Below are positions 12,701 to 26,468 of a stretch of 64,000 bases of DNA, in pieces. Position 1 is the first letter of the stretch; every line of letters starts with the position of its first letter. The stretch spans positions 2,170,001 to 2,234,000 of the forward strand of contig JBHGNT010000017.1 in the NCBI GenBank assembly GCA_043228905.1. The letters are read 5' to 3'. Below the pieces are notes generated by a model. It did not search any database. It worked only from the letters and a program-made list of their open reading frames with translations, and was not told the DNA's origin. Position numbers and translations under genes: made by a program. This DNA comes from Azolla caroliniana. Its lineage: Eukaryota; Plantae; Polypodiophyta.

Positions 12701-15700
12701 TTCTTGCAAACGGCAATTCTCTGCTTCAAGTTCTTTGTTTTGAAGAGAGAGTTTCTACCAATAAAAAAAATTCGTATCACTGTTTCATTATTAAGAAGTC
12801 CACATTGCAAGTGCAATACTATGCAGTGGCACATGCATGTTATATTTATTAACTTATGCATTACTATGGCGCAACGTCATCCAGAAGATTTTAGACAATG
12901 CAGATTCATCTTGTCACTCAGCTATAGTAAGCTCTACAAGGGGTTTCTTCTAATCATAAATTATGAAGAGAAACTGTCAGCTTACTTTATACCTCTAATC
13001 CTGTACACTTTCTGTAAAGATTGTCACATTCAGTCTTCCATTTGAAAGCTTCTTGTTTTCCCTCCTGTACAGATTGAGCAAATTTGTTATGTACAAACAA
13101 CAGTCACCTAGAAGTGCGTTCACTTACCACTGCTTAATCTTTCACATAATGGACACTCTCATTGTCTGTATCAAGATGTGATAGTTGAATTTATGATGCC
13201 AAATAAATTTCTTAGCATACTAGTTTTTTTTAAAATATTTTAAATATAGAGAAGTATTTAGATATGAGCATAGAAGCAAGAAAAAAAGTGTCAAGCTCTG
13301 CTACTGATCTCCTTTGCTGAAACAGTCATCTGCTTCATTCTCTATCTCCCAGACCCTATCCTTCTGGTCAATCAGCTTTCTCTATCTCTCACAATTGATG
13401 GACTGCCATGATTCCTGGATTGCTTGGGTCTATGGTCGTGGATCATGCTTCTTGAGACAAGGTGATAGCTCTAGAGGGGCCTATAGACATGCAACTAAAA
13501 TCAAAAGCATGCCAGCATACAGTTTGCCAAACTAAAGCATTACAAGCTATAAGCCACAAAATACCATAGACATCGTCCCTAGTACTGATTTGGATGCATG
13601 ACCTTAGAGGTTGGTTCAAGAACTGAGAAATTACAGATGCATTAGATTTATGACCAGAGAAAATGAAATAGGTTGTAGACATACAAGCAAGGGCATTCAC
13701 AAAATCGCACATTAACTGGGTATGTCAATGAACCTATGTTGCAGTACGCTGCAAGTGCCATAGCTCTTATTCAAACAAGGTCATACAAACAACACATTGA
13801 GTTAGGAAGATGGACAGGTTTGGATGTAAAGGAAAGATTGGGTACACTATGAAATACAAATAAGGTGAAGACAGAAGAACACATTGTGCTCAACAGTCTA
13901 AATTATACTCATTTCAGGAGTGATTTCTCTGGGTTGCTCCATACTGTGAATTTCAAGTAAGTTCTTGCAACAGATTACTGTAGGGCATTGACATCGATGG
14001 CATATCTATCACAAATAGTCACAAAACATATCGAAAATTTTGGTCTCCTGGTATATAAGCTATGTGTAGGTAATTTTTCCCACCAGTAACCTACTACAAA
14101 AATAAAGGATTATCCTTTGAATCATGTTAAGTACTTATTTGGTGTATACCTCAAGTTTACCAAATGAGTAATTCAGCGTCTGGTATATATTTTTCGAGTT
14201 TCTATACTAGTTATATAAAATCCCATAAAAGGTAGATCATCTAATTCACCTTGTTGATAAGACTTATAAAAAACATACAGAAAACATTTGACTGCTGAAC
14301 TACTATGTAGCCTTTTTAATAACAATAAGAATAAAAATAGAACTGAATAACAGCTTTTACACGTCTTAATATAATGGTATGATTATAGCTTTACTTTTAT
14401 CATACTTTTAAGTGAATCTCATGCAATTGTATCAACTCTGAATAATGGTTTTCAATTTTTTGATTACTTTTCGATTCAAATGCTTTCAATTCCAGCAACT
14501 CTTGCTCCATGGATTGCACCTGCATAAAGTTACACCAAGTGTTGAAGGTTAATTGACAGACTTAGTTCCAGAATAACAAACAATAATCATCATTGTATTA
14601 CTTTTCTGGAAAATCTGTGCAATCTTTCTGCCATTGTTGTCTCGAAGTCATGCAATCTGGATTCTGTAGACTCTAAACACTTCATTAACCTAGCATTTTT
14701 TTCTGCCTAAAAATAAGAATGATATAAACATTGTAGCTCGGGCGATATAACCATCAACTTTTACAGTAAAGCAGTCAAAATCCATGGTCACCTCCTTAGA
14801 AATGCACTTTGAATACTTCTTCTCTACAACCTTTGCATCATCTCTAAGTCTCCTTAAATTGTTTTCATATTGATTCCATACGTTATCATCATCAACTATA
14901 ATTTTTCTGATGTCAAATGTGAGCTCCTGCATCTCAACAAAAATTTATATTAGAAACCAAATTATTAAAAACAGTCTCCAAGATATTGCAAAGCCACTAT
15001 AAACCAGACAACAGAGTTTAGTAGTACGGAAAATGTGTAGAAATGAAATTACTGGATCGTTGAATGCCTTCCTAGTAATAGTTTCATATAAGGATTAGTG
15101 TTAACACTTTAAAAGTTAAGCCAAAATACCTCTATCCTTCTAATTTTATCATCAAGAGATGATTTCATGGCTTTCTCCTAGTGAAAATCATAGGAAATAT
15201 AAGAAGAAAACATTTGTCAGTTAAATTTCTCTTAACATCAAGAAAAAATTTCATGGCATTCCCCTAGAGATAAACATTGGAAGCAAAACAACCTTGTTAA
15301 ATACAAGATTCCATCATATCAAGGAACCTTACCATAAAATACTGGCAGTTAAAAAAATCCATTACATCAAGAACCCTTAACATACATTAGTGACATTTTT
15401 TCCTGAATTTATATCACAATTTTTCAGTTATATAACAGTACTGGAAGTTTTCAAAACAATGTTCAAATTGGATAGATTTCTACGTAATGCTTCACTACAA
15501 GCTTCACTACATAATCAAATATTCAATAACAGCCATCAACCATCCCGTATCTATTTTATTACAACTCTAAACCATCTTCTCTTGATCAGCATTATGTGAT
15601 TCAGAGCTATTATAATATTTCAGTTATATAACAGTACTGGAAGTTTTTCAAAACAATGTTCAAATTGGATAGATTTCTACGTAATGCTTCACTACAAGCT

Positions 15701-18700
15701 TCACTACATAATCAAATATTCAATGACAGCCATCGACCATCCTGGATTTATTTTATTACAACTCTAAACCAGCTTATCTCTTGATCAGCATTATGTGATT
15801 CAGAGCTATTATAATCAAGGCACAAGGCAGATGAACTAGTAGGGGAACATTTGTATGCACATGACTCTTGGCCTTTATAAATGTATATATTCAGCAGGGA
15901 AGCTAGTGATCGTCTTTATCTAATTGAACAGAGCTCCACAACAACAGAATTACCATAATCACTAATTGGATCTACTTGAATTTACTCTAGGATCTAAGAT
16001 ATTCATGAGGTATACATGAACACAACACATTATGCTGAGTAAATCTTTTAGAAAAGAAAAATAAGACATTGTAACATGTTAATCAATATCCTATAACACA
16101 AAGATCAAGAGTTGATCCTGATCACAGGAAATGAAAATTAATTCTCTTTAGATATCTTCACCATGGTTGATCCAATTTGGAGAGTCCAGTGAAGTGAGGA
16201 AGACATGATTTCAAGGATCTGACTATGATGTGAGCATTTGGGCAATGATTCAGGGGGTTCATAGATCGTGTGCATGACATAAAGCAATGACTCTATCTAC
16301 AGAAACTGTTCAGAACCATGGCTAACATCTGTACGGTTTATCTGCCTTAGTAAAAGTGCTAATGTTTGCACAGAAAAGTTTCTCAGGGTTCTCAACACCA
16401 GTGGATTTGTAAGCATCCTCTTATTTCTAAAAAGAATCATCTCTATATCTGTAATAGAATAGTCCTAGACATTGTTCTCGCTAGAAGGATAATGGTACCT
16501 TTCAAATCATAATAAATTGACCAGTGATAGACAACATTCCAACTAATGGCAACGCTGACAGATGCAATGTTTTGCGCGCAATTGACCAAATTATAGAGAT
16601 GTCATGAAGTCAAAGCCAATGGAAGCATCTTCTGTTCATAAACACGAAGAGATGATTATGAAAAACCTATGTCTTCTCTATATAGAACCTCTTGTTCTCT
16701 ACATTGATCTACATAGAGGGTTGCAGGGATGTCTGGAAATGCATAAAATCTTTCATCATTGAGAAAAGTAACTATGAATAAGAATACAAGAAGAGTTATT
16801 TGCCCCAGAAAGAATACGTACTCTTAAGACAATTTTGATTGGATTATTAACTAAAAGGCAGAAGCTGTGATATCACTTATATTCATTTGCCATATGTGAG
16901 GACATAAAACATGCTCTCAAGCTTTGTTTATAAGAGACACTCTTTCTAAGATTAAATAAACTATTGCCTTCAATCTCTATCTTCAGTTATTGAAAAAAAC
17001 TCACTATATAGAAGAACTTACAAATTGCATGTAATTAGTCTCCATATTATGTAGCTTTATCTCAACTGCATCAAATTTGCACTGTACAAAAAAACAAGAC
17101 TTTGAATCTTCCATATATGAAAGGAAACATTTCGAAGCTCTAGGAAATCTCTTCCTAATAATTATTAATGAACATTCAAACCATGTTTATCTAATTTATA
17201 AACTCATTTGTATCATCAGCTTATGCTACTAGTAAGCAAACCTGATATAATGCAAGCTGTTTTTCTAAGTTCTGCACATGCTCTTCCTCAAACTTTTTCA
17301 ATTGACGAACTTGTTTCTCTTTCTCCAAGACTTCACACTTCATTTCTGAAACAAGTGCACGTTCTTTAGAAGGAGCATACAAAGACATTATATGCAGTGA
17401 TCAGCCAACTAATATAATGCTTGTCTTCCACATTCACTCCATTTGGTAAGCTTTAAACTATTTATGGTTTACAGAGTCAGCATGATTGATCATTACCTAG
17501 ACAAGATATATGACTTCACTCTAGGATGAGTTCAGCAAACAACTCAAAGAAACAGATAGCACGCACAGGGTCAAGCTAAGTTCAGGTGAGGCTTCACCAT
17601 CCTCAATAAAATAACAACTTTTTGAGCCATTATTGAAGGGATTAAATGAAATAATAAAAGGATGTATTGTTGCTTTTTGGCTTCACAAAACCCTTTGACA
17701 AAAATACCAGATTTAGGCTGGAGAAGGCCATTTGGGTCCCTCCTAAAATGTAATAGGAATTAAATGCACTATGAGTCTTTATCATGCCAAGCCTGTCATC
17801 CAAAGGACCCTCAAATGTAGTGGCTTCTACTATTGTGTAGAAAAAAGGGAAAACAGAAACCCCTAGCATAAATTGACAGTAGCAATGATGTGATAAACAG
17901 AGCAGTTCATGACAGAAGCCTGAATTCTAGGTATCACCATCCAAATATTCAGTTTTCAAAAATAAATGTGTACAAAATGATTAACAAAATCTTTTTCCCC
18001 TTTTAGCTAGTTCAAATCATTGATCTTCTTAATAAACATGATAAACAATGGGAATGTATGAATTTCACCTTCTTTCCTCAATTCAAATGATTGCGCTTGT
18101 TTCTTAAATTTTGCATCATTTTCTACCTGCAATTTTTCCAACTGAAAACCTCTCCCCCAGATTTTATGGAACAAATAATCAAGTTAGATATACCACTTTG
18201 TAATAACCAAACAAAATAAGTAGAGAGACACTTAATAACAGCATGATGCAGCATTAGATGTATATTAGCAATAAAGAGAAGGAATAGTTATACTAGCAGT
18301 CCAACAAACCCCACCAAAAACTTTTCAATCCGTCAATGTTCTGTCCATGTCAAGTACATCCATCTCACGTCACTGATGCTATGTTGCTGCTTGAAAGAGC
18401 TCTATTAAGAGTTCTACAACTTGCATATAATTCATTTTATTGTAGATTTCTTAACAGGATAAATCAGATGTTCATGGAAAGGCAATGACAACATCAGAAC
18501 CATATAGAGGCATGGATCTATTGGTTTCTTTTTGAAGCATCTATAATATCTTTAAATAGCAGACCTATCTTTTGCAATTATTGGGTACATCAAGGCATTA
18601 GGCTTGTCGCATAAAAGCTGCATTTTAAAGAAATCCAAAAGAGCATTTAATCAGGCAATTTGGCTGAGTATTGCAATTATCCATGTCATGATTCAACTGG

Positions 18701-21700
18701 ATTTTTCTTGAGATTTCACAGGTTCATTTTATGACCAAGGAGGGACATGTCCCCAATATTCACCACAAGAAGAGAAAGAAAGAAAGATATATTAACATCT
18801 TTTAAAAGGAGAAAAGGACGTAGAAGGACAAACAAGAGGTTACATCTTAAATTGTCCCATCTTTGAGAACAACAAACCAAAATAAATATAACTAATTAAT
18901 AGAACTGCCTAAGGTCCCAGAGAATCGCATAGCTAAAAACTTAACATTCTGAGCTTATATGGATTGAAACTTCTGCCTTCGAGTAATCTCCAACATGGGC
19001 CAATCCGAGATGGAGCAATCTCCGAAGCAAGGGAACCTTCAGTGTCAAGTGATAATGACCTTTATTTGGCAGTGAGAAAGGTGATGGGTTCATGGTCGAG
19101 GTGGACATGGCCTACATGCACCAAAATGCCAATAAAGTGGATTACTAGAAAGGAAATTCACTTTTGCTTTCTTGCAGAGAGCTTCAGAGATAAAGACTGT
19201 GGTCTAGACAGACACAACAATGCCAAGAAAGTAAATTACTAGAAAGTAACAAGATGCATGGGAGGGACCACAACATTTAGATTTAGCAGTATGGGTAGAC
19301 CAGATGACACAAAAATGCAAAGAGACGAGGTATTGTTTTTATGAATGCATGTTAAGCAATTTAGAGAAGAGAACTTTAGAGAAAAGTTCATGCTCTACAT
19401 GGAGGTATACCAATACTGAGAAGGTAGACTATTAATAGGATACATATAAGGAACCTGAGGATTCAGAAATGGTAGTAGGGTTGGAGGCAGTCAACACAAG
19501 AATGCAAAGAGATGAGGGATCATTTTTTATAGATGCATGTCAGGCAATCAAATGGCAGAGACATGGACATTGCGATCATTTTTTATAGATGCATGACAGG
19601 CAATCAAATGGCAGAAACATGGACATTGCACCTAGATCACTCCTTTATAACTTTCACATGACATCGTCAAATACATCCATTATACCTAGACATAAATATG
19701 TCAAAATGAATGAGGTCATGTTGCCAGTCACTGGCAACTTCTATACTAAAAAAGTGATCAACAGATCTCCTTTGAAGGTAATGAACCCAATATTCCAAGA
19801 AATAGAGCTGCAGGCTTCCCAGATATAATGCTTTGTATGATTAATGATGAATGCATATTATCCCTTGGAGATGCAGATGGACTAGCTATTTACAACGTTC
19901 TTGTGTATTGACCTGCAGGAACACCATTCATCAGATTCCAAGTCAACAAGCGAGGAGCTATGATGGTGACCTGTCTTTGCTGACATAAGACATCCAGGAT
20001 ATCACCTTACTCCGGACAGAGCATGTCTCACCTACATCATGTTGAATCACCTACAAATCTGAACCGATCCTTGCTTCCCACAATACCACCTGACCTATAA
20101 GATGCACAAATTTATTTACTAGAAGTTCTTCACCATGATATAACCCTAGAACTATATTTCCCATTGCATTCACTAACTTCTCAAATAGATTTGCACTGTC
20201 TTACAATAGTCCAATTTCAACCTCCCATCATGCTCATTATGAACTTTTTCTGCAAAGAGAGCTGGATATTCAGCATACTAAGTTTCTAGACAAATATTTT
20301 CCATCATTGAGCTAAAGGAGTTTTTTGAGTTATTAATCCTTGTTAGAAATATTGAGAATTGATTAGATATACATATAGAGTTACAATCACAGAGATGGAT
20401 ATATGAAAGCAAACTTTCTATTACTTATGAGAATAACTCACAATGGTAGTTCACCCATGCACTCACACCTTAGAGCTTAGTTGGGATCTGGACCAGCTCA
20501 CCAAAAAATTAGTGGGAACCAATAAAAGTCACAACCACTATGTAAGAGAGTGGATTATATTCTCCGTTTGGTCTGAGTGTAACTTTAAATGTGTAGTCAG
20601 TTGATAGTAGTGGAGATATTCCTTTTTTGTCAACTGACTTGTCATTTAATATGACCCAACTCCCTAGATACAATCTAGTGCCAGATAGTACTTATCGTAA
20701 AGTCAATGGCATATACTTCAAGACTAAGTACATCATAACTTGCCCACCAAATATTCTTGTAGTTGACTTAATTAGTCAATCCTATTAGCCTACTTCGCTC
20801 TTTCCTAAATACATTGTGTCCTACTCATCCATGGTTTCCTAGATTGATACCTTATCGACCCATATGGTCGGGTTGCACAATAGCTACTCCTCATTTGGGG
20901 CGCTATCACAAAATGTGCACTCTAAGAGTACTTCTGGGGATAAATTGACAACTTGGGGTTGATCATTCATTATATCTAAAAATCCTCACTATCTAAGAAA
21001 CCCTCAAAACTTACAGTCAGCAAATCCTTTCAATCCAGAAAAGCATATTTTTTAGTTTACCTCCAGTACCCTGAGCTGAACCAAACAGAGAAATGTTCTT
21101 CTATTCATGAATAATGGTGTTTCCTAAAGAAACTATTGAGCAAACAATCAAGAAATTGGAAATTTTAGAAAGGTCAGTTTGGAACATAACACACCTCTAG
21201 CTGTAGGCACTGTATCTGTTGCAGCATTGACTTTTGACAATTTGTTAGTTCTTCTTTTTCCTATAGAACAAATTAATGAGTTCTTACAATTTCTTCTTCA
21301 TTTTGGAAAGGATGATAAATTATACCTAGGAAGTTCGAGCCCCAGTTTTACTGTTTCTTTAAAGATTTTGCTTTGGAGCTTAAAAGAACATTAAAATGTC
21401 ACCAATTTGCTACCTTCAAATAATTTGTCTCAGATTTAGACATAGAATTTCTTAGCTCTTCCAATGCTGAATCTTTTTCTTTCAAAGAGACCTGGTTAAA
21501 TAAAAATTGGTTTCTTATCATAATGTGCTACATGGATTACTCATGATATCATTCAACCTCCAAAAATTGTCCGGCTTTCATACATACACATTTTTAAATA
21601 GGATCTATAATCATAATGATATACCTCAATCATCTCGAATAAAGACTCATACTGCTCTAGTTCTACATCCCGGTCATCAAGAAGTGCAAGGTTGTACTGC

Positions 21701-24700
21701 AGTAGGTTTGGCTTCATTTTAGAGAGCAATATAGCATTCATCTCAACAACGATTTCATAAACTGAACAACTACTCCCTTGAGATTTTATAAATGCGTATG
21801 AATCAAAACTGTCTTAATTATATGAAAAGAAAAAGATATTTCAAACATTCCATGATCACACTATGCCTAGACAATGAGGTTGCATAAAAACATGAGATGA
21901 GACATAAAACAGTAAATAGAAATGAACATTGTACTAATCTTAAAAGACAGTGTCCCCAGCTATGAGCTTCTTGCAAGAGGGTGAGAAGATTTGTGAATGG
22001 GCTGCAGTAACAAGCACAAATGCGCATTAATAGGGATGTTTTAGACGGATGAAAGCTGAATGAGATAGTGAGGAGGGGGCTATTTATAGGTCACAACTTT
22101 GCTGGTTGTAATTTCCCCAAATGGGAGGTAGTTAGGCACGTATAGAAATGATTGACCCACATGGATCAGAAACCATACACCCAAAGGAAGCTCTAATGTA
22201 AACTATCTCCTTTCATAGACAAAATAATTTTCCAAGAAAGTTGAAACCCTACATCCTATACAAGACAAGAATCAAGAACAGCCATATTGTTCGATTTGAG
22301 TCTTGTACGTCCATAATATGTGCATTGAAGACTCAAATGTAATTCAGTGCAGAAGAGTAGTTGACTATGTAGCACCAAGATAATGTTAAGTAGAAACAAT
22401 GTTCAAAGTGACAGAAAAACATTCAATCGTTTGTAGACAATGCAAAAGAGTAATGTCAAACAAGAATCCAGAGAAAACAGTTTCATTAAATAAAATTTAT
22501 ACCTTGAAATCTTCCTGTAATTGAACATATAAGTTTTCTAATGCAAGAAACTCTTTCTTCTGTCCCAAAATCTGGAAAACATTTCAATAAGAGTATCTAA
22601 CAAGTCAAGTTTCGCTCTTCAGAGTTTCAGAATTATTGATCATGTATAAGAATCACTCTTCAGAATTTCAGAATGAGAGATTTCATGTAAACGTATGGAT
22701 TCTTATATGTACAGATATTTCACAATGCTAGTAAAACTTTGATAAATATTGTTAATGGATAAATATTCCTTCTTTTATATATATCTTCCATAAAACCAGT
22801 CTAATAGCTACCTTCAACTTTAACAGACAGAAAATAGTGACCCTTAACCAAAAAGAAAGAGAATATGAAAGTTTCATATATATTACCTTCGACTAACCTG
22901 AAAGAACATAAAATAGAGACCCCTAACTGACAAGAAAGAGAAAACAAAAGTGGCATATGTTGCGCAATACCTAGGTTCTCTACGCATCAATAAATGTAAA
23001 GATGCAATCGCAAGATACATACTAAAGCTAAACTAAAGCTGACCAAGAACCGTGCTTGAGGAATACTCATATAAACGAAGCAATGGTGGCTGAAGAAAAT
23101 TCTCTAGTAGATAACAAAATCAAGGGTAGCAAGTCAAAATTCATGTGATTACAGGGATTGAATCATGCCTTCAAGACTGATGAAAAATATCCAAGAAATG
23201 TTTCACCCCTGAAGCAGTCAAGGTGAAATTTCAAGTGAACGTTTAGTATCTAAATTGGTATCATATTTTGTATCAAACTGATAGATGACTGCGTCTTTGT
23301 ACCTAAGATGTGCATTGCTTCAGATTGTTTATGAACATCCAGGTATGTTTTCTCATATCCATATATTTTGTGAATTCCTTTATTCTCATTTTTGTCATTA
23401 GGCATAGCCCCAGAGACCATTTCGGGATTCACATACCTTCACGTGAACAGAACAATATGGTCCTACAAATGAGTGAATGGGAGAGGGAAGAAGGAGAGAG
23501 AAATATGGTTAACTTTAATATGTATTGCAATATTAACCCATTCTACCTCTCCCCAGCGTTCAGGGAATGCTCCTGAACAAGAGATTTTGTCATCAATATC
23601 CTTCAATATGATTTATGGTTTACTTTTCATGGTTCCTGCTCTGGTTATGCTTTTTGATCAGGTCACTATTAATCTGCTAAGAGTAAATTCAATAATATGT
23701 ATAGTACGCATTGAAGAATTTTCCCTATCTAACATATGATACATCCCAATCTACTTGAAGTAAATTGGATAGTATGTATAGAGCACATTCTGAAGAATTT
23801 TCACCTATTACATGCATCCGATCTACTTGACGTGAATTAAATAGTATATATAGTGTGCATTCTGAATTTTCCACCTATAGCATGCATCTGATGGGAAATT
23901 AAATTATTTCGTTTATCATCATTCAAGAAGAGCCTCAAATACGATGAAGGTGAGTGTTCTTATGTCATTATGCAAGGATGTTGATATAATACTCTTTTGC
24001 TATAGTATGCTTCATGTCACCCTTCACATTGGTTCTGGGCCTAACCATCTCATTCTTCTTCTGTTTCACAACAGGGCTTATATATTAACTGCATTTGAAA
24101 TCCAGGATGGTTCTAAGCAGATAAAAAAATAGTTTTGTTACAGCTTTACTTATGATGGTCCAGGCAGGGACAAATCATTCTGTATCGGGCAAAGAAAATG
24201 TCCAGGAATAGTTTCCAGCCTGTGACACAAATGATGAATATTCCATTCATGAATATTTCAAATCCATGTCATGCAGGGAGACACATCTTCTACTATACCG
24301 AAAACTAGATCCATTTGGTGTATAACCTCTTTGAAGTTGAAACTTCTGAGTAAATTTCTGAGATATGATTGAATGTATATCAACTTTCTTACTGGCCTTA
24401 CCAATGGAAAGAAAGACATGGATGTTATATCCCTGATAAGATAAAGTAATGGTGCTGTTTAATTCTGAAGGAAGTAACAATCTACAAAAAAAAACATACA
24501 GTAGGCGGACAGTGCCTGACACACAATAGGATGTATAAAGTAATTAGGAACCAAATGAAATGCATCTACGTGCCTGGAAATTTCGGTCCATATGAGGGAA
24601 GGAAACTGAATCTGGAATCCTCCCTAGAAAGCAAAATGGACCTAAAGTCCTCCATTCTTTTAGTATTGAATGTTAACAGGGCAATGTGGACAGGTGAAAA

Positions 24701-24868
24701 AACACTTCTTATAGCTGAATGGACACGAATTGAATGCAAAATGGAAGAAGATTATGGAAGGATGAGTACCTGATATTCCAATTCGGAAACCTTGCTTTCG
24801 TGGATGTTAAGGATTTCCTTTTCTTTCTCCTCCAGCAAGGAGCGAAATCCTGCTGTAGCACCCTCCAT
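9783..24868 (-). CDS. CCDC57: CCDC57-like centriole/basal-body coiled-coil protein, about 18 or more coding exons
   Basis: Exons include 24868-24770 (MEGATAGFRSLLEEKEKEILNIHESKVSELEYQ), ~22571-22503 (...VQLQEDFK), ~21696-21625 (YNLALLDDRDVELEQYE), ~13064-12993 (FKWKTECDNL), ~12755-12463 as two exons (LKDQNEKIQKVVAMLRLEMEAL), ~11962-11804 (ERDLLMDLNNSLHADL) and a last exon ending PKVRNYNIKDDDMCS*. These match recalled human CCDC57 motifs LQEDFVYNLQVLEERDLELERYD, LREQNTSLRNAIAQMRKEMEAL, EKEQLIEMGNRLRAEL and C-terminal PKIRNYNIMD, in the same order. Some middle exons are unresolved. Confidence 0.85.
15418..15815. repeat. Tandem duplication, 2 x ~198 bp, intronic
   Basis: tttcagttatataacagtactggaag...gattcagagctattataat is repeated head-to-tail with few differences. 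Confidence 0.9.
19518..19630. repeat. Tandem duplication, 2 x ~56 bp, intronic
   Basis: gatcattttttatagatgcatg(t/a)caggcaatcaaatggcaga(g/a)acatggacattgc occurs twice. Confidence 0.85.
23686..23892. repeat. Diverged minisatellite, about 3 x 70 bp, intronic
   Basis: A recurring unit of aatt..atagtat.tatag..cattctgaa..ttt.cacctat..catgcatc..atctacttga. Confidence 0.7.
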
Positions 24869-25775
24869 CCCACTAAGGTCAGATCAACACTACAAAGGCG
24901 CAAGGAAAACAATGCACATTCGCATCATTTCTGGATGGAGGAAACTCCACCATTGCATCTCTCAGATTGGACATCGGAAGTGACCCAAAAAGCACAGAAT
25001 ACATTTCTGGTACCACTGATTGCCTCCCAATTTACTGACATAAATATGATGATTGGATTACTCACATATACGTCCAAAGTATTGTTCAAATCAAATAAAA
25101 TACAAAATATTGCACTTCTACATCGCGTACACATGCATTGCAATTCGTCATGATCAAATAGATGTACATGTATAGTTTTACTTGTTGTCATTACAACGCT
25201 AGAAGTGGAACTACCATGTAGATAATTTTCAATAGACCATCTACACTTAAAGCCATGCTTTTTTACAACTGCACAACATGCATGCACACAATGGAGTCAC
25301 ATTTAAGGCCATGATTTCTTTCAACAGCACATGCATGTACAGTGGAATAAAATAGTCTAGAATGTGTTTGGTGGAACACGAAAGGTATACAAATATGGAA
25401 TTTGAACTGGCATGATGGCTTCCAGTGGAAATATACGGGGCCATTGATTTATATACTCCGAAATTGCGGCTATATAGAGTGAGAGACTCAGTTACCTGTA
25501 CTATTTCCCGGTCAATCGAAGAGGGGGGGGGGGGGGGGGGGAGTTTAACTGAAAAAAAAAACATCGGAGAAACGGACAATTGACGTTTGCAGCAGCAGCG
25601 TGCGATGGCGAAGAAGGTTCTTTACAAAAGAATCGAATGGACTTCTTGTCAGCACTGGCTGAATAAATTAATTTTTTAATTCCTAATTTTTTTTTATATT
25701 GCTATGTAATATTTAATTTAAAATTTCAATGGACTCTATTGTCTCGACTCTCTCTGCTGTTAGAGCTACTAGCAC

Positions 25776-25826
<51 letters not shown>

Positions 25827-25906
25827 CAAAAGAATCGTATGGACTTCTTGTCCACACCAGCTGAATAAATAAATAAAATTTTAATTATATTTTATATTAA
25901 TTTAAA

Positions 25907-26219
25907 GGGAAAAGTACCAGGATACCCCTGGAAGTTCGTCTATTTACCAGAATGCCCCTGGGAGTTCCAAATATACCAAACTACCCCTGTGTCCAAAAAA
26001 GTACACTTTATAAAGTAATTATACACTCAAATCTTTGGTAAATAGGGCTAGTTCGGGTCCATTTCTTCCATCTTTGGTAAATAGGGCTTGTAGATTTGAG
26101 TGTATAATTACTTTGTAAAGTGTAATTTTTTGGACATAGGGGTAGTTTGGTAAATTTGGAACTTCCAGGGGCATTCTAGTAAATAGACGAACTTCCAGGG
26201 GTATCGTGGTACTTTTCCC
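25907..26219. mobile_element. Mutator-like (MULE) MITE, 313 bp
   Basis: Near-perfect ~125-bp terminal inverted repeats (GGGAAAAGTACCA...TGGTACTTTTCCC) flanked by a 9-bp target-site duplication TAATTTAAA (25898-25906 and 26220-26228). Confidence 0.92.
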
Positions 26220-26279
26220 TAATTTAAATGCAATCTATTGTCTCTCTGTTGTTTACTAGTACCGTGTCCTATGTTCGAA

Positions 26280-26413
26280 ACCCAATGTTCTCACTTCTTT
26301 ATTACTTCAAACATATACATATCTTAATTCACTAGATGGTATTGTGGAATGTAGGGGTTAAATCCATGACCTCTTGGTCTCCATTGGGCAACCTTACCAA
26401 CTGAGCTACATCC
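26280..26413 (-). mobile_element. tRNA-derived SINE copy 1
   Basis: The minus strand reads GGATGTAGCTCAGTTGGTAAGG (A box)...GGATTTAACCCC (degenerate B box). A homologous copy lies at ~59460-59585. Adjacent to (CT)n. Confidence 0.7.
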
Positions 26414-26418
26414 ATCGG

Positions 26419-26420
<2 letters not shown>

Positions 26421-26466
<46 letters not shown>
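26421..26466. repeat. (CT)n microsatellite (another at 25779-25821)
   Basis: Direct reading of the sequence. Confidence 0.95.

Positions 26467-26468
<2 letters not shown>

Noticed and set aside
19300-20910. Possible LTR-retroelement relics in a CCDC57 intron (WYCGK zinc-knuckle-like fragment)
   Set aside because: Only one degenerate motif is present and the boundaries are indeterminable.
26345-26413. Possible functional tRNA gene
   Set aside because: There is no proper anticodon stem-loop, the B box is degenerate, and a diverged second copy with a related body points to a SINE.
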